Assembly: GCA_002390205.1 (NCBI GenBank)
Contig: DGOV01000019.1
Coordinates: 11,802 to 75,801 of the forward strand
Direction: 5' to 3'
From: Proteobacteria bacterium UBA4457
Lineage (GTDB): Bacteria; Pseudomonadota; Gammaproteobacteria; Ga0077536
Length of the DNA stretch: 64,000 nt
The notes beneath the pieces are model-generated. The model was not told the origin of the DNA, made no database searches, and worked only from the letters and a program-made list of their open reading frames with translations. The stretch's first letter is position 1. Each line of letters starts with the position of its first letter. Positions 9,797-19,584 of this stretch are shown here, in pieces. Position numbers and translations under genes: made by a program.

Positions 9797-10642
9797 TCAT
9801 TTATTAATGGCGTCTCGCAGTTTTTTGATCTCGTCTAAAATAGGTATTAAGTTTCCACTTTGCTCAGGTGGGATCAAGAAAATAAAGCCTGCGCAACCTC
9901 GTGTTGCATAATCTTGAAGTATAAGCTGATCCCTAGGTGCTCCAAATAATAATGTGGTTATTTCAGATGGGTCTCGGCCTGCTTTTTCGCACGCAGCTTT
10001 AATATCGACTAGAGGATCGCCCTCATATTTTTCATAGATAGGCATCCAGCCGTCTGCGTAGTCGACCACTCTTGCAGGAACTTTGCTAGAATTTGAACCT
10101 ATATAAATAGGTGGACCCCCTTTCTGGAATGGTTTTGGCATCATAGTTAGCGGTTTGAAATCGACATAATCTCCATGGAACTCAGTTGGATCGGTTTGCC
10201 AAAGAGCACGAATTGCCAATGCGCGCTCTCTAACAACTGCCCATCTTTCTCGGAACGGGCAACCATGATTCTCTATTGCTTCTTTGATCCACCCGCCAGC
10301 AATTCCAAAAATTACCCTGCCTTGTGAAATGTGATCTAGAGTAGCTATAGATTTTGCGGTTATGATCGGGTCTCGCTCGGTTAAAAGACAGACTCCCGTG
10401 CCTAGTTGAATGTGAGTGGTAACCGCGGCACAAGCTGCTAGCGCAGTTATTGAATCATGCATCCTGGCAAATGGTTGAACCATCTCTGGTCGATGGTACG
10501 AATTCTTGCGATGCACTACAGGAACGTGACTGTTTTCGGCAAAAAACAGCATATCTAGCCCTTTTGACTCGACTGTTTGAGCTATCTCGACTGCTGGAGG
10601 AATTAGATCCGTAGGTAACACGCAAATCCCAAAGCGTACCAT
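9797..10642 (-). CDS. LLM-class (luciferase-like) flavin/F420-dependent oxidoreductase
   Basis: 281 aa. N-terminus MVRFGICVLPTDLIPP...KGLDMLFFAENSHVP is typical of TIM-barrel LLM-family enzymes. Confidence 0.75.
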   Translation of the reverse strand: MVRFGICVLPTDLIPPAVEIAQTVESKGLDMLFFAENSHVPVVHRKNSYHRPEMVQPFARMHDSITALAACAAVTTHIQLGTGVCLLTERDPIITAKSIATLDHISQGRVIFGIAGGWIKEAIENHGCPFRERWAVVRERALAIRALWQTDPTEFHGDYVDFKPLTMMPKPFQKGGPPIYIGSNSSKVPARVVDYADGWMPIYEKYEGDPLVDIKAACEKAGRDPSEITTLLFGAPRDQLILQDYATRGCAGFIFLIPPEQSGNLIPILDEIKKLRDAINK

Positions 10643-10646
10643 TGTC

Positions 10647-11450
10647 CTAACTCCTAGCCGGGTGCATTTGTCTTAAAAAATCAGGCTGATGGCGCCATAT
10701 TTTTCCGGAGGTGGCACCGCCGTCGACTGCTAATGCATGGCCGGTGACATAACTAGATTTTTCAGAGGCTAGCCAAAGTATCGCTTCAGCAATCTCTTCC
10801 GGCTCTCCCATCCTAGGGATTGGCTGTTCATCTGTGGATGCTTGTTTAACAGTTTTAATCCTTTCTTTCCAAACTTCGCTGTTTGTTCCGGTGTGGATCG
10901 GTGTAGCGATCGCACCCGGGCAAACTGCATTCACACGAATATTTTCTTCGGCAAGTTCAATAGCGACTGATTTCGTGAACTGTATTACCGCAGCCTTACA
11001 GGCGGCATAGGTATGGGGAGAATAGCCAGCCATAATCCCTGCTATGCTAGCTACGTTGATAATTGAGCCTGAGCTCTTTTCCACCATCATCTTGGCTGCA
11101 TATTTTGTGCCGAGAAATACACTCCGTTGTATTATTTCTTGTGACAGATCGTACTGCTCTGCTGACAAGGTCGTGATTGGACCCATTACTCCTACAATTG
11201 CGGCGTTGTTGACCATCACATCCAAATGCTCAGATTTTTTTTTGATTGTGGTGAAGGCCGCCGCTAACTCTTCTTCACGCCGAATATTAACGTTGATGAA
11301 ATCTGCATTTTTTAATTCTTTCGCAAGTGCAATTCCAGCATTCTCTTGAATGTCTCCAATATAGACATGGTATCCACTTTCAACAAATAGACGACACGTT
11401 GCGGCTCCTATGCCACTGGCACCTCCTGTTACAAAAGCTGTTTTTATCAT
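10647..11450 (-). CDS. SDR family NAD(P)-dependent oxidoreductase
   Basis: TGGASGIGAAT Rossmann motif, NNAA motif, and YAACKAA (YxxxK) catalytic motif. 4-nt gap to the downstream LLM gene, so probably one operon. Confidence 0.85.
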   Translation of the reverse strand: MIKTAFVTGGASGIGAATCRLFVESGYHVYIGDIQENAGIALAKELKNADFINVNIRREEELAAAFTTIKKKSEHLDVMVNNAAIVGVMGPITTLSAEQYDLSQEIIQRSVFLGTKYAAKMMVEKSSGSIINVASIAGIMAGYSPHTYAACKAAVIQFTKSVAIELAEENIRVNAVCPGAIATPIHTGTNSEVWKERIKTVKQASTDEQPIPRMGEPEEIAEAILWLASEKSSYVTGHALAVDGGATSGKIWRHQPDFLRQMHPARS

Positions 11451-11634
11451 TTAGTTATCCCCTTAAGTTTCGATTTCAACCGGCGGTTCTTTTAGGATGC
11501 AATCCCATTTATGGCTGGATGTATTGGGTGTCGCTTTGATCTATTCATGAGGTTAACATCTCAAGCGTGTTAGGGCATTAAGTTATCGTGTTTGCCTTTG
11601 AGAGGAATATGACTATTAAGGATGAGGTTTACGA

Positions 11635-12540
11635 ATGCCAATTCGTTTCAAGCTTTTTTTAACCGCCGCTTTCTGGGGAGCAACTCCGACAGTAGGGCGC
11701 ATTCTTGCTAGTTATGAGGCTCCAATTGTCATAGTAGGGGGGCGTTTTATAATTGCATCAGCCGTATTGTTGGTATTCATGAAATTCAGAGGAGAATTTC
11801 TGACAATACCTATGAAACTATGGGTGAAGTTCTTTTTTCTCGGCTTGACTGGGATTCTGTTGCATAACAGTCTGATGTATGAAGGTTTAGAGTCCGTGAC
11901 TGCAACGACAGCGTCTATCTTACTTGCTTTAATCGCTATTAAAATTACTGTGATTGATTCTTTTCTCAGCCGCAGATTGCCAAGGTGGAACATTGTAGTG
12001 GGAGTGTTACTTGGGTTTTTTGGAGCGATGTATGTTGTTACCAATGGTCACCCCAGTGATTTTCTAGATCTCAAGGTGGGTAAAGGTGAAGTGTTAGTTC
12101 TGCTCTCGGGACTGTCCTGGGCGGTCTATTCGGTGATTGGACGAGACTTGCTGACGAGCTATAAGCCTCTGTTGGTCACTACTTACGCCTCAGTGATAGG
12201 CGTTGCATTGATGACGCCATTTTTCTTTCATAATCCAAGTGTTACTTTTGATATATTTACGGATCTGGAGAGTGTGGCGCTAATTTCATTTTTAGGTTTT
12301 TTTGGTTCCGCCTTGGCTTTTTTATGGTACTACGAAGCTGTTGCATTGCTAGGCGTCGTAGAAACCGCCATATATATAAATTTCGTTCCTGTTTTTGGCG
12401 TTCTTTTTGCCTTTATTTTTTTAGAAGAATCTATTAGCAGCTCCGTCTTGATTGGTGGAGCGGTCGTTCTAGCCGGTGTGCTTCTAGTCACTGTTTGTGC
12501 TGAAAAATCAGGCCAGTCTGTTTCAAAGAGGTACACGTGA
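11635..12540 (+). CDS. DMT superfamily (EamA-like) transporter
   Basis: 301 aa with 10 predicted TM helices in two EamA-like halves. Confidence 0.75.
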   Translation: MPIRFKLFLTAAFWGATPTVGRILASYEAPIVIVGGRFIIASAVLLVFMKFRGEFLTIPMKLWVKFFFLGLTGILLHNSLMYEGLESVTATTASILLALIAIKITVIDSFLSRRLPRWNIVVGVLLGFFGAMYVVTNGHPSDFLDLKVGKGEVLVLLSGLSWAVYSVIGRDLLTSYKPLLVTTYASVIGVALMTPFFFHNPSVTFDIFTDLESVALISFLGFFGSALAFLWYYEAVALLGVVETAIYINFVPVFGVLFAFIFLEESISSSVLIGGAVVLAGVLLVTVCAEKSGQSVSKRYT

Positions 12541-12730
12541 ATTTAGAGATGCTCAAAGTACTGTCTGTTCGCGACTGCTGTTACCCAATGGAGTAGCTCT
12601 GAAAAATAGAGAGAGCATTGTCTTTGCTTGGCTGATCGCGCCGCAGCTCCGACAGTGGAAGAGGAACAGAACGGGCATGTAAAGCTGCGCACCCAATATA
12701 TGTTCAATCTATAGCAGAAATCTTGATTTC

Positions 12731-13090
12731 TTATCCGGCAGAGTGGTGATGGTCAGCTGTTTCTTTCAGTGCTTCTTGAGTATGCAGTAATGATTCTTTT
12801 CTTGAAGATAGCTCATCCTTTGCGCACAAACCTTTTGTTACCACGAGTTCCTCGGCAGCTTTGAGCCAGAGAAGGTAATAGTCTTCCTCTTTTTCATTGA
12901 GAGTATTTGATTCTTTAATTTCGTGACTAAGTTGATTTGCCCATTCTTTCCAGGTATACCGATTTTCTTGATGCATTTGGACCACTAAAGCAAAAGCTTT
13001 TGCCTCCCAAGGGTTGGCGAAGATCACCTCATTATTTTCGTCAAGAGGGGCATCAACTAGGGCGACAAGTTCTGAGGGTGATTTTTCCAT
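12731..13090 (-). CDS. Nitrile hydratase accessory/activator protein (P14K/NhlE-like, beta-subunit homologue)
   Basis: 119 aa sitting immediately downstream of NHase beta. Typical acidic beta-homologue sequence (PWEAKAFALVVQMHQE...). Confidence 0.7.
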   Translation of the reverse strand: MEKSPSELVALVDAPLDENNEVIFANPWEAKAFALVVQMHQENRYTWKEWANQLSHEIKESNTLNEKEEDYYLLWLKAAEELVVTKGLCAKDELSSRKESLLHTQEALKETADHHHSAG

Positions 13091-13142
13091 AGTACGCTTA
13101 CACTTATATGTTGGGGTGGGTTTGAAATTTCTAATCAGGCCT

Positions 13143-13802
13143 CTAGGCTAAAGTAAGGTAATCATCCCATAGATCTATGTATACAGAATCTTTCTCGGAG
13201 GCTTCGCTTCCCCACAACTCTTGAGCATCGAATCGAACGCTATAGCAATGCTGGGGGCTGTCTCCTTGGCCATGGGCAGCCGTATCGGGGAAAACAAAGA
13301 CCCCATTATCTTTCTCAATAGAACCTAGTTTGTCTCTTGCATATCGCGGACAGCGCGTATGATGTTCTGGGTGATTGTTGTTCACCATGACTAGATTGCC
13401 GGCTTTGAATTTTGGCGTAATCGCCTTGTCTATTCTGGCACTAGAGCCATGAGACGAAATGTAAGGTACATCTTTGGCTAAGACTGGTGGCATAGACTCT
13501 CCTCGGGGTGTGAAAGATTTTCCTGCTTTCAACTCTTCCTTTGTTACAACACCTTTCTCAACAGCGAGCGTCTCAAACGCATGTAACCAATGCTCGTAAT
13601 AACTAGTTGAGAGGTAGTTTGTTGCCCCCATTCTTTCAATACGTGCTCGAAACTCGTCAACACAAAATGGTCCCGCGGCAGAGACGGGAACAAATAGGCC
13701 TAGGACCCGTTTTTCCCACTCTTCATGAAAAACAGGTTCATTCTGTTCAGGATTGACGTTCCCGAAGCCATGCATGCCACCTAGGTCATGCGCGCCATTC
13801 AT
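13143..13802 (-). CDS. nthB: Nitrile hydratase beta subunit
   Basis: N-terminus [14 protein letters not shown] is the canonical NHase beta start. Its ATG overlaps the alpha-subunit stop (ATGA), indicating translational coupling. Confidence 0.9.
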   Translation of the reverse strand: MNGAHDLGGMHGFGNVNPEQNEPVFHEEWEKRVLGLFVPVSAAGPFCVDEFRARIERMGATNYLSTSYYEHWLHAFETLAVEKGVVTKEELKAGKSFTPRGESMPPVLAKDVPYISSHGSSARIDKAITPKFKAGNLVMVNNNHPEHHTRCPRYARDKLGSIEKDNGVFVFPDTAAHGQGDSPQHCYSVRFDAQELWGSEASEKDSVYIDLWDDYLTLA

Positions 13803-14437
13803 TCTGATACCCCTTGAGATTCGGCTGTTTTAAGCACCTCTACCCCTATCATCGAGTCTCTAGTGACTAGGGAAGAGAGTTCGTTTTCACTCAATAGCTC
13901 TGTTCCTTGAGGACGCTCTGGTAAAACCATATAACGCAGTTCAGCTGTACTATCCCATACTCGGACCTCTGTGTTTTTATCTAACTCTACGCCAAACTCT
14001 TTTAAAACCTCGCGAGGCTGACTGACAACCCGAGACCGATATGGAGCTGATTTATACCAGACCGGAGGTAAGCCTAAGGTTGGCCATGGATAACAGGAGC
14101 ATAAGGTGCAGACCAAGACATTATGGATGTTTGAAGTATTTTCAACGACGACCATATCTTCACCTTGTATACCCGAATAACCCAACTCTGCGATAGCTTC
14201 AGTCCCATTTATCAGCAGTCTTTTTTTATATTCTGGATCAGTCCACGCTCGAGCCACTACCTGAGCGCCGTTATGGGGGCCGACTTTAGTCTCATAAGTT
14301 TCTATGAGTGCATCGACAGCCGAAGGATCTACCAGGCCTTTTTCCGTGAGAACTTGTTCCAACGCTTTGACCCTTAGCTCTACATCGGTCAATGGTCGAC
14401 TATTAGCGTGGTCGTGATTATGGTCATGATCGCTCAT
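13799..14437 (-). CDS. nthA: Nitrile hydratase alpha subunit, cobalt type
   Basis: Metal-binding motif [10 protein letters not shown]: Thr in CTLCSC indicates Co-type, whereas Fe-type is CSLCSC. His-rich N-terminus [10 protein letters not shown]. Overall very similar to Pseudomonas putida NHase alpha. Confidence 0.9.
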   Translation of the reverse strand: MSDHDHNHDHANSRPLTDVELRVKALEQVLTEKGLVDPSAVDALIETYETKVGPHNGAQVVARAWTDPEYKKRLLINGTEAIAELGYSGIQGEDMVVVENTSNIHNVLVCTLCSCYPWPTLGLPPVWYKSAPYRSRVVSQPREVLKEFGVELDKNTEVRVWDSTAELRYMVLPERPQGTELLSENELSSLVTRDSMIGVEVLKTAESQGVSE

Positions 14438-14451
14438 ATCATTTAGTCCTT

Positions 14452-15963
14452 TTATATTACTGTCGCTTGTTCGTATGTATAAGCTGCTCTTAGTATTGTA
14501 CTCTCATCAAAGCTTTTCCCGATAAGCATCATACCTACAGGGAGTCCCTTTGACTTGCCTACTGGAATAGTTATGGCCGGGTGTCCGGTGACGTCAAAAG
14601 GAGCTGTATTATTTACCATTTCCAAAGCGCGAGCGACATAATCTTCTCTGGAACAAGATTTTTCAGGTATTTTTGTCGCTTTCATTGGTTGAGTAGGCAT
14701 CAGTAATAAGTCGTATTTTTCAAAAGCTGAGTCGTACGCTGCTTTGAGAGCAGTGGCAAGATTTTGCGCCTTAGCATAATAGCGACCATGGTACTGCTCA
14801 TCCATATACTGGCCCATTAACATTACCAGTTTGGTAGTTTCTGACAGATCGTCAGCTCTAGTGATACGACCTCTCGCAAATGAATCGAGCAACCCAGTGT
14901 TGTAATAGCCCTTCCAATTCGTTCCCATGCTATTGCCTTTTATCATCAAGGAATTGGCACCTTCAATAGCGATTGCATTCCAGATGTGGATCCCATCTTT
15001 ATGCATAGGGATAGACACTTCCTCAACGTGAGCTCCAAGCTTTTCTAGTTGACTAGCCGCAGCACGCACTGTTGTATCCACATCTTGTTCGGATTGACCT
15101 TCCCAATTGAAACCTTCAGACACAACGCCAATTTTGAGTTCATGTATATCAGTGACAAGTGCTTCCGTATATTTGTCTACTTTTAAATTACGTTGTCGCG
15201 GATCCATTCCATCGTCCCCAGCAATAACTTCGAGTAGCAGAGCACAGTCCGTTACGTTGTTAGTTATGGGCCCTAAATGGTCAAGGGTTATCTCAATCGG
15301 AAATGCGCCCGTATAAGGCACTAGCCCATGCGTAGGTTTTAAGCCATACACCCCACACCAGCTAGCTGGCATACGTATTGAACCGCCTTGATCTCCGCCA
15401 ATAGCCATGTCAACGCCACCAGATGCAACCAGCGCTGCACTTCCGCTTGAAGAACCACCGGTAGTGTGTTCCGGATTATGAGGGTTAGTCACTGGTCCCG
15501 CGGCAGTAGTGTGACTTCCTCCGGAAAAACATAGGTTTTCGCATACAGACTTCCCTGCTATTTCACCCCCCGCATCTAAGATCCTTGTTACCACTGTCGC
15601 ATCTATATCTGGAATATACCCTTCGAGTACTGAACAGCCATTCATCATCGGAACTCCAGCTACACAGACGTTGTCTTTTATAGCAATGGTTTTTCCACTG
15701 AGCTTACCGTGAGCCGCGCCCTTTATTGATGTTTTGTAATACCATGCGTTGTTCGGATTTTCATCAGCCTTAGGTCGATAGCCGGGGTTTCTAGGATATT
15801 TGACTTCTGGCTTCGGTTCGCAAAGCTCATCTAGCCGTTCGTAAGAAGCTATTGGCCCCTCCATTAGCGCCTTGAATGACTCAATATCATCCAATTCAAG
15901 ATTTAGTCCGAATTGCTCAGCGATTAAGTCAATTTGCTCACTAGTGGGTCTTTTGATTTTCAT
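14452..15963 (-). CDS. Amidase (amidase-signature family); first gene of the amidase-NHase operon
   Basis: AS-family signature [33 protein letters not shown] with a Ser-cisSer-Lys triad context. 14 nt upstream of nthA. Confidence 0.9.
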   Translation of the reverse strand: MKIKRPTSEQIDLIAEQFGLNLELDDIESFKALMEGPIASYERLDELCEPKPEVKYPRNPGYRPKADENPNNAWYYKTSIKGAAHGKLSGKTIAIKDNVCVAGVPMMNGCSVLEGYIPDIDATVVTRILDAGGEIAGKSVCENLCFSGGSHTTAAGPVTNPHNPEHTTGGSSSGSAALVASGGVDMAIGGDQGGSIRMPASWCGVYGLKPTHGLVPYTGAFPIEITLDHLGPITNNVTDCALLLEVIAGDDGMDPRQRNLKVDKYTEALVTDIHELKIGVVSEGFNWEGQSEQDVDTTVRAAASQLEKLGAHVEEVSIPMHKDGIHIWNAIAIEGANSLMIKGNSMGTNWKGYYNTGLLDSFARGRITRADDLSETTKLVMLMGQYMDEQYHGRYYAKAQNLATALKAAYDSAFEKYDLLLMPTQPMKATKIPEKSCSREDYVARALEMVNNTAPFDVTGHPAITIPVGKSKGLPVGMMLIGKSFDESTILRAAYTYEQATVI

Positions 15964-16152
15964 TATTGTCCCCGAGAATGTTCTTTTTAGATGCGAGATT
16001 GGTTTTCTGATTGCTTGATTCTTTTTATACCACTTTTACGAAGAATAAGAAAAACATTTCGCAGCTTCGTATGGTTCAATATAGCCAGCTTGATTTGCAG
16101 CACATAGCCACATTAATTATGCTTTTCATACTGAAAAAGCCAGAGGTTTCAA

Positions 16153-16824
16153 ATGAGCAGTGAGAAAGTTTACGTCTGGGACCTATGGATCAGGTGCTTT
16201 CATTGGTTATTAGTCGTTTTGATTCTGTCCGCTTGGTGGACAGCGCGAGAAGGCGGTCTATTGATGAAATACCATATGTTTTGTGGTTACGGCATTGGTA
16301 TTCTTGTTTTTTTTCGTCTGTTTTGGGGGGTTTGGGGATCACAGTCTGCCAAGTTCTCCGAGTTTATTCGAGGTCCAAGAATAGTTGTTCGTGCTATTTT
16401 GGAGCTAAAAATCAGGCAACCAGAACATTACTTAACGCACAACCCTATTGGTGGCTGGGTAGTCATAGCGTTTCTTTTACTTTTGGTTGTGCAGTTTGCT
16501 ACGGGCTTGTTTGCCAATGACGACTTGTTTAATGAAGGGCCGCTTTATGCCAATGTGACTAAGCTCACCAGCGATTGGCTGACGTGGGTACACCATACGA
16601 ATTTCAATAATTTGACTGCTTTGATTATCATCCATGTTTTGGCGATATTTTTTTATCGAGTTTGGAAGCGCGAGCACTTAGTAGGTGCGATGCTGAGTGG
16701 CTATAAATATCTGAGAGATAAAAATGCAAGTAAGATCCGGCACGGTTTTTTCCTACCTTTTGCAACTTTGTTACTGAGTATTGCGATTATTTGTGTAATA
16801 GTTAATTTTAGATTCAACTTATAA
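16153..16824 (+). CDS. cybB: Cytochrome b561 family (CybB/Ni-Fe hydrogenase b-type cytochrome-like) membrane protein
   Basis: Four TM helices with conserved His residues (CFHWLLVV...; HYLTHNPIGGW...; HHTNFNNLTALIIIHV). Confidence 0.75.
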   Translation: MSSEKVYVWDLWIRCFHWLLVVLILSAWWTAREGGLLMKYHMFCGYGIGILVFFRLFWGVWGSQSAKFSEFIRGPRIVVRAILELKIRQPEHYLTHNPIGGWVVIAFLLLLVVQFATGLFANDDLFNEGPLYANVTKLTSDWLTWVHHTNFNNLTALIIIHVLAIFFYRVWKREHLVGAMLSGYKYLRDKNASKIRHGFFLPFATLLLSIAIICVIVNFRFNL

Positions 16825-16835
16825 AGGGGATGTAA

Positions 16836-17291
16836 GTGAAAAAAGTATTGAACGTCGTTGTAACTCTATGCGTCTTGTTAGCTTTTTTGGGAGGAGCACA
16901 AGCCGCGCCCAAACCCGATGATGCAGTTCATTATCGCCAAGGTGTATTGATGGCGCTAGGTTGGAATATCGGGCCTATGGGTGCCATGGTCCAAGGGAAG
17001 GTGCCGTTTGATAAAGAGCGCTTTGCTTTTTTGGCAGACCGAGTAGCGCAGTTGGCACCGATGGTGGTTGAGGGTTTTGACGTGTCTACGAAGGATGCGA
17101 AGTCTGAAGCTCGGCCTGAATTATGGGAGAACTTGCCTGACTTTCAAAAAAGAATGAGTGATTTGGCATCTGCATCTCAGAAGTTGGCCATAGTTGCTAG
17201 TGAAGGAGACAAGGCGGCCATGAAGAGACAATTTGGCGTTACTGTAAAGATGTGCAAAGGCTGCCACGATGAGTATCGCGTCAAGCATTAG
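16836..17291 (+). CDS. cycP: Cytochrome c' (class II c-type cytochrome; C-terminal CxxCH)
   Basis: Signal peptide, four-helix-bundle length (151 aa), and a single heme motif CKGCH near the C-terminus. 11 nt after cybB. Confidence 0.8.
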   Translation: MKKVLNVVVTLCVLLAFLGGAQAAPKPDDAVHYRQGVLMALGWNIGPMGAMVQGKVPFDKERFAFLADRVAQLAPMVVEGFDVSTKDAKSEARPELWENLPDFQKRMSDLASASQKLAIVASEGDKAAMKRQFGVTVKMCKGCHDEYRVKH

Positions 17292-17293
17292 CA

Positions 17294-19573
17294 TTAACTG
17301 AGCTGATGCCTTGAATCGTGGAGCAAAGGATCTTCAGCGATTGCGATTTCGTTGTCTAGAAGGCAGCCGCACTGGCAGCAATAGAATTGCCTAAATTCAA
17401 CCGCGTTATCGATGAATCTAGCTTCGTCGCCAATCAAAGGATTGGAGACTGCGATGCTTTGATTCTCGGTCAGGCAATGTTCTTTATAGTTCTCTGAGAT
17501 ATCACCCAATTCGAAGTCACATTTTGCGCAAGCCCAGTAGGTGCCGGCGTCATCTCGCATAATGTTGATTGAGTGCGAATTTTCAGATAACAACTGACCC
17601 TTCCTATTTGATTTCTTAATTTCAGTAACTCTAGATTTCCTTATTTTGGCTCTATGTTCGCGTGTCCTTTTAACATCAACATGGCCATCTTTGCTTAAGA
17701 TTGCACCGTAAAGTGTTTCCGCAGAATTTTCGGTTATAGCAAGCGACTCCAAGTCATCCTCTATATCCTCTGGTGCTCTATCAAAAGGGTCACCGAATCC
17801 ACCACCACCACTCCATCTGACGGCGTATACATCTTTAGGATCTTGGGTGAAGTTTTGTTCCCGAAGCTGCAACGTTACGGAATTCCCTAATAATTCGTCT
17901 GTATCCTTTGGCATCTGTGACGACGCTATACAGTCAAAAATATTGCTGTCTTTGACGAATGTATAGGCATTAGTAGTTGATGGGTATCCTCCCATCAGGC
18001 CAGGTGAAGTAGGTATTGCATTGCCAGAAGAAAGAGTGTCCTGCGTAACGAATTCAGTATTATGAGGGATGAAGCAGCTTTCAGCAGAAAGTCCGCCTCT
18101 GTATTTCCCTGCTCCACCCGAGTCACTGAGCTCTTTACGGTAAAGGAACAAGATAGGAAAATTTTGTTCCGTATGTTCCACATTAGGCAATTGACAGATA
18201 GGTGTTCTTGCTTGTCCACCAGTGTTTATGCCATCTGCCATAGTAAATGCGCCTATGGCGCCGCCAATAGGATCAATGAGTAGATATCCATACTTTTCAC
18301 CCCACTGATCGATCCCTCTGAATAAAGTAGCAGGCCATTGGCTGGTACCGCCGATACACATGATGTCTTTTCGCATAATCGGATCGGGGTAAATCATTTT
18401 GGATATGACGTTATAGGCAGGATATAGTGAAATTTCCATAGCTTGTATCGGAGCAGTCGAGACGGAAGATGGGAAGTCTGCACAATTGAGCGTTCCCGGC
18501 GTAGGGTCAAACTCAATGTGCCGCAAAGCACCGCCACATGCAAAATACTGATCCCAGCAAAGTAATTCATTCACAGCAACCATTACGGAACCACGCCAAC
18601 CCGAGTAAGTTGCATTCATAGCTCCTTCCTGGGTTGCAGAACCGTCATTGTTAAAGATAAGTTTATTGCCTTCTTTACGAAGACCTAACATGACCCGATG
18701 AGTTCGTCTGTCACCCGGGCGGCAAGCCTCTATATACGTTCGATCAGACCATTCTCCGTCAGGTAAGCGTGACATTTTATCTAAGTAGGATTTTTCCGAG
18801 TTGTCTATAATCCTTTTCATTACACCTTTCAGTGTGGCTGCTCCATAGCGCTTGATGAGCTCTAAAATTCGATCACGCGCAGTTGTGTTACCTGCAATTT
18901 GGGCTCGGAAGTCCAACGCTACTAAATCAGGCTTTCTGGACGACCTTAGATATACGGCTTCAATATCTTTTCTGACTTCATAGTTTTCAATTATCTTGAG
19001 AGGTGGAAGCATTAGTCCTTCTTCGTAAACTGATTCCGCAGATGGACAGAAGCTGCCGGGAGTTATCCCTCCGATGTCATATTGGTGAAGACAGTTTGTT
19101 ATCCAACAGAAAAGCTCTCCTTCCCAAAAAACTGGACAAAGTAGCATCACATCTTGTTGATGAGCCGCCCCTACCCACGGATCATTGGCTATAAACATGT
19201 CCCCTTCATTTATCCCAGGATTCTCACTTCGGTATTCCAGAGTCCATTTTACTTGGGTGTCTGTCACACCAGACATGTATTGCATATAAGGGCCAAAGTA
19301 TACGAACTCTGCATCTTCAGTCAGGATGGATGGGTTTAAGTCGAGAGCGTACATTGCGACAGGAGACCCCGACAGGCGCTGTATCGTTGCCCCATGCTCT
19401 TCATTAATTTGCCAAAGGTTATGACGGATAACTTCATAAGTTACCGGGTCGACTTCTTTGTCCCAGGTCTGATGAAGCTTTAGTTTTGACGCTATTTTCA
19501 GGATTTTCGGTGGCACGTAGGGATTTTCAATTCCATTGAAGTCTACATCAGTCATTTCGCTTATTCGTGGCAT
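17294..19573 (-). CDS. Hydantoinase B/oxoprolinase-family subunit (acetone-carboxylase alpha-like) fused to a C-terminal acetone-carboxylase gamma-like Zn-ribbon domain
   Basis: Residues 1 to about 590 are HyuB/AcxB-like. A basic linker (RTREHRAKIRKSRVTEIKK) follows. The last ~130 aa carry WACAKCDFELGD...FRQFYCCQCGCLLDNE, which parallels AcxC gamma WTVRCECGHDFCD...YFCPECGTLHDVE. Confidence 0.75.
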   Translation of the reverse strand: MPRISEMTDVDFNGIENPYVPPKILKIASKLKLHQTWDKEVDPVTYEVIRHNLWQINEEHGATIQRLSGSPVAMYALDLNPSILTEDAEFVYFGPYMQYMSGVTDTQVKWTLEYRSENPGINEGDMFIANDPWVGAAHQQDVMLLCPVFWEGELFCWITNCLHQYDIGGITPGSFCPSAESVYEEGLMLPPLKIIENYEVRKDIEAVYLRSSRKPDLVALDFRAQIAGNTTARDRILELIKRYGAATLKGVMKRIIDNSEKSYLDKMSRLPDGEWSDRTYIEACRPGDRRTHRVMLGLRKEGNKLIFNNDGSATQEGAMNATYSGWRGSVMVAVNELLCWDQYFACGGALRHIEFDPTPGTLNCADFPSSVSTAPIQAMEISLYPAYNVISKMIYPDPIMRKDIMCIGGTSQWPATLFRGIDQWGEKYGYLLIDPIGGAIGAFTMADGINTGGQARTPICQLPNVEHTEQNFPILFLYRKELSDSGGAGKYRGGLSAESCFIPHNTEFVTQDTLSSGNAIPTSPGLMGGYPSTTNAYTFVKDSNIFDCIASSQMPKDTDELLGNSVTLQLREQNFTQDPKDVYAVRWSGGGGFGDPFDRAPEDIEDDLESLAITENSAETLYGAILSKDGHVDVKRTREHRAKIRKSRVTEIKKSNRKGQLLSENSHSINIMRDDAGTYWACAKCDFELGDISENYKEHCLTENQSIAVSNPLIGDEARFIDNAVEFRQFYCCQCGCLLDNEIAIAEDPLLHDSRHQLS

Positions 19574-19584
19574 CTGAAAGAACC

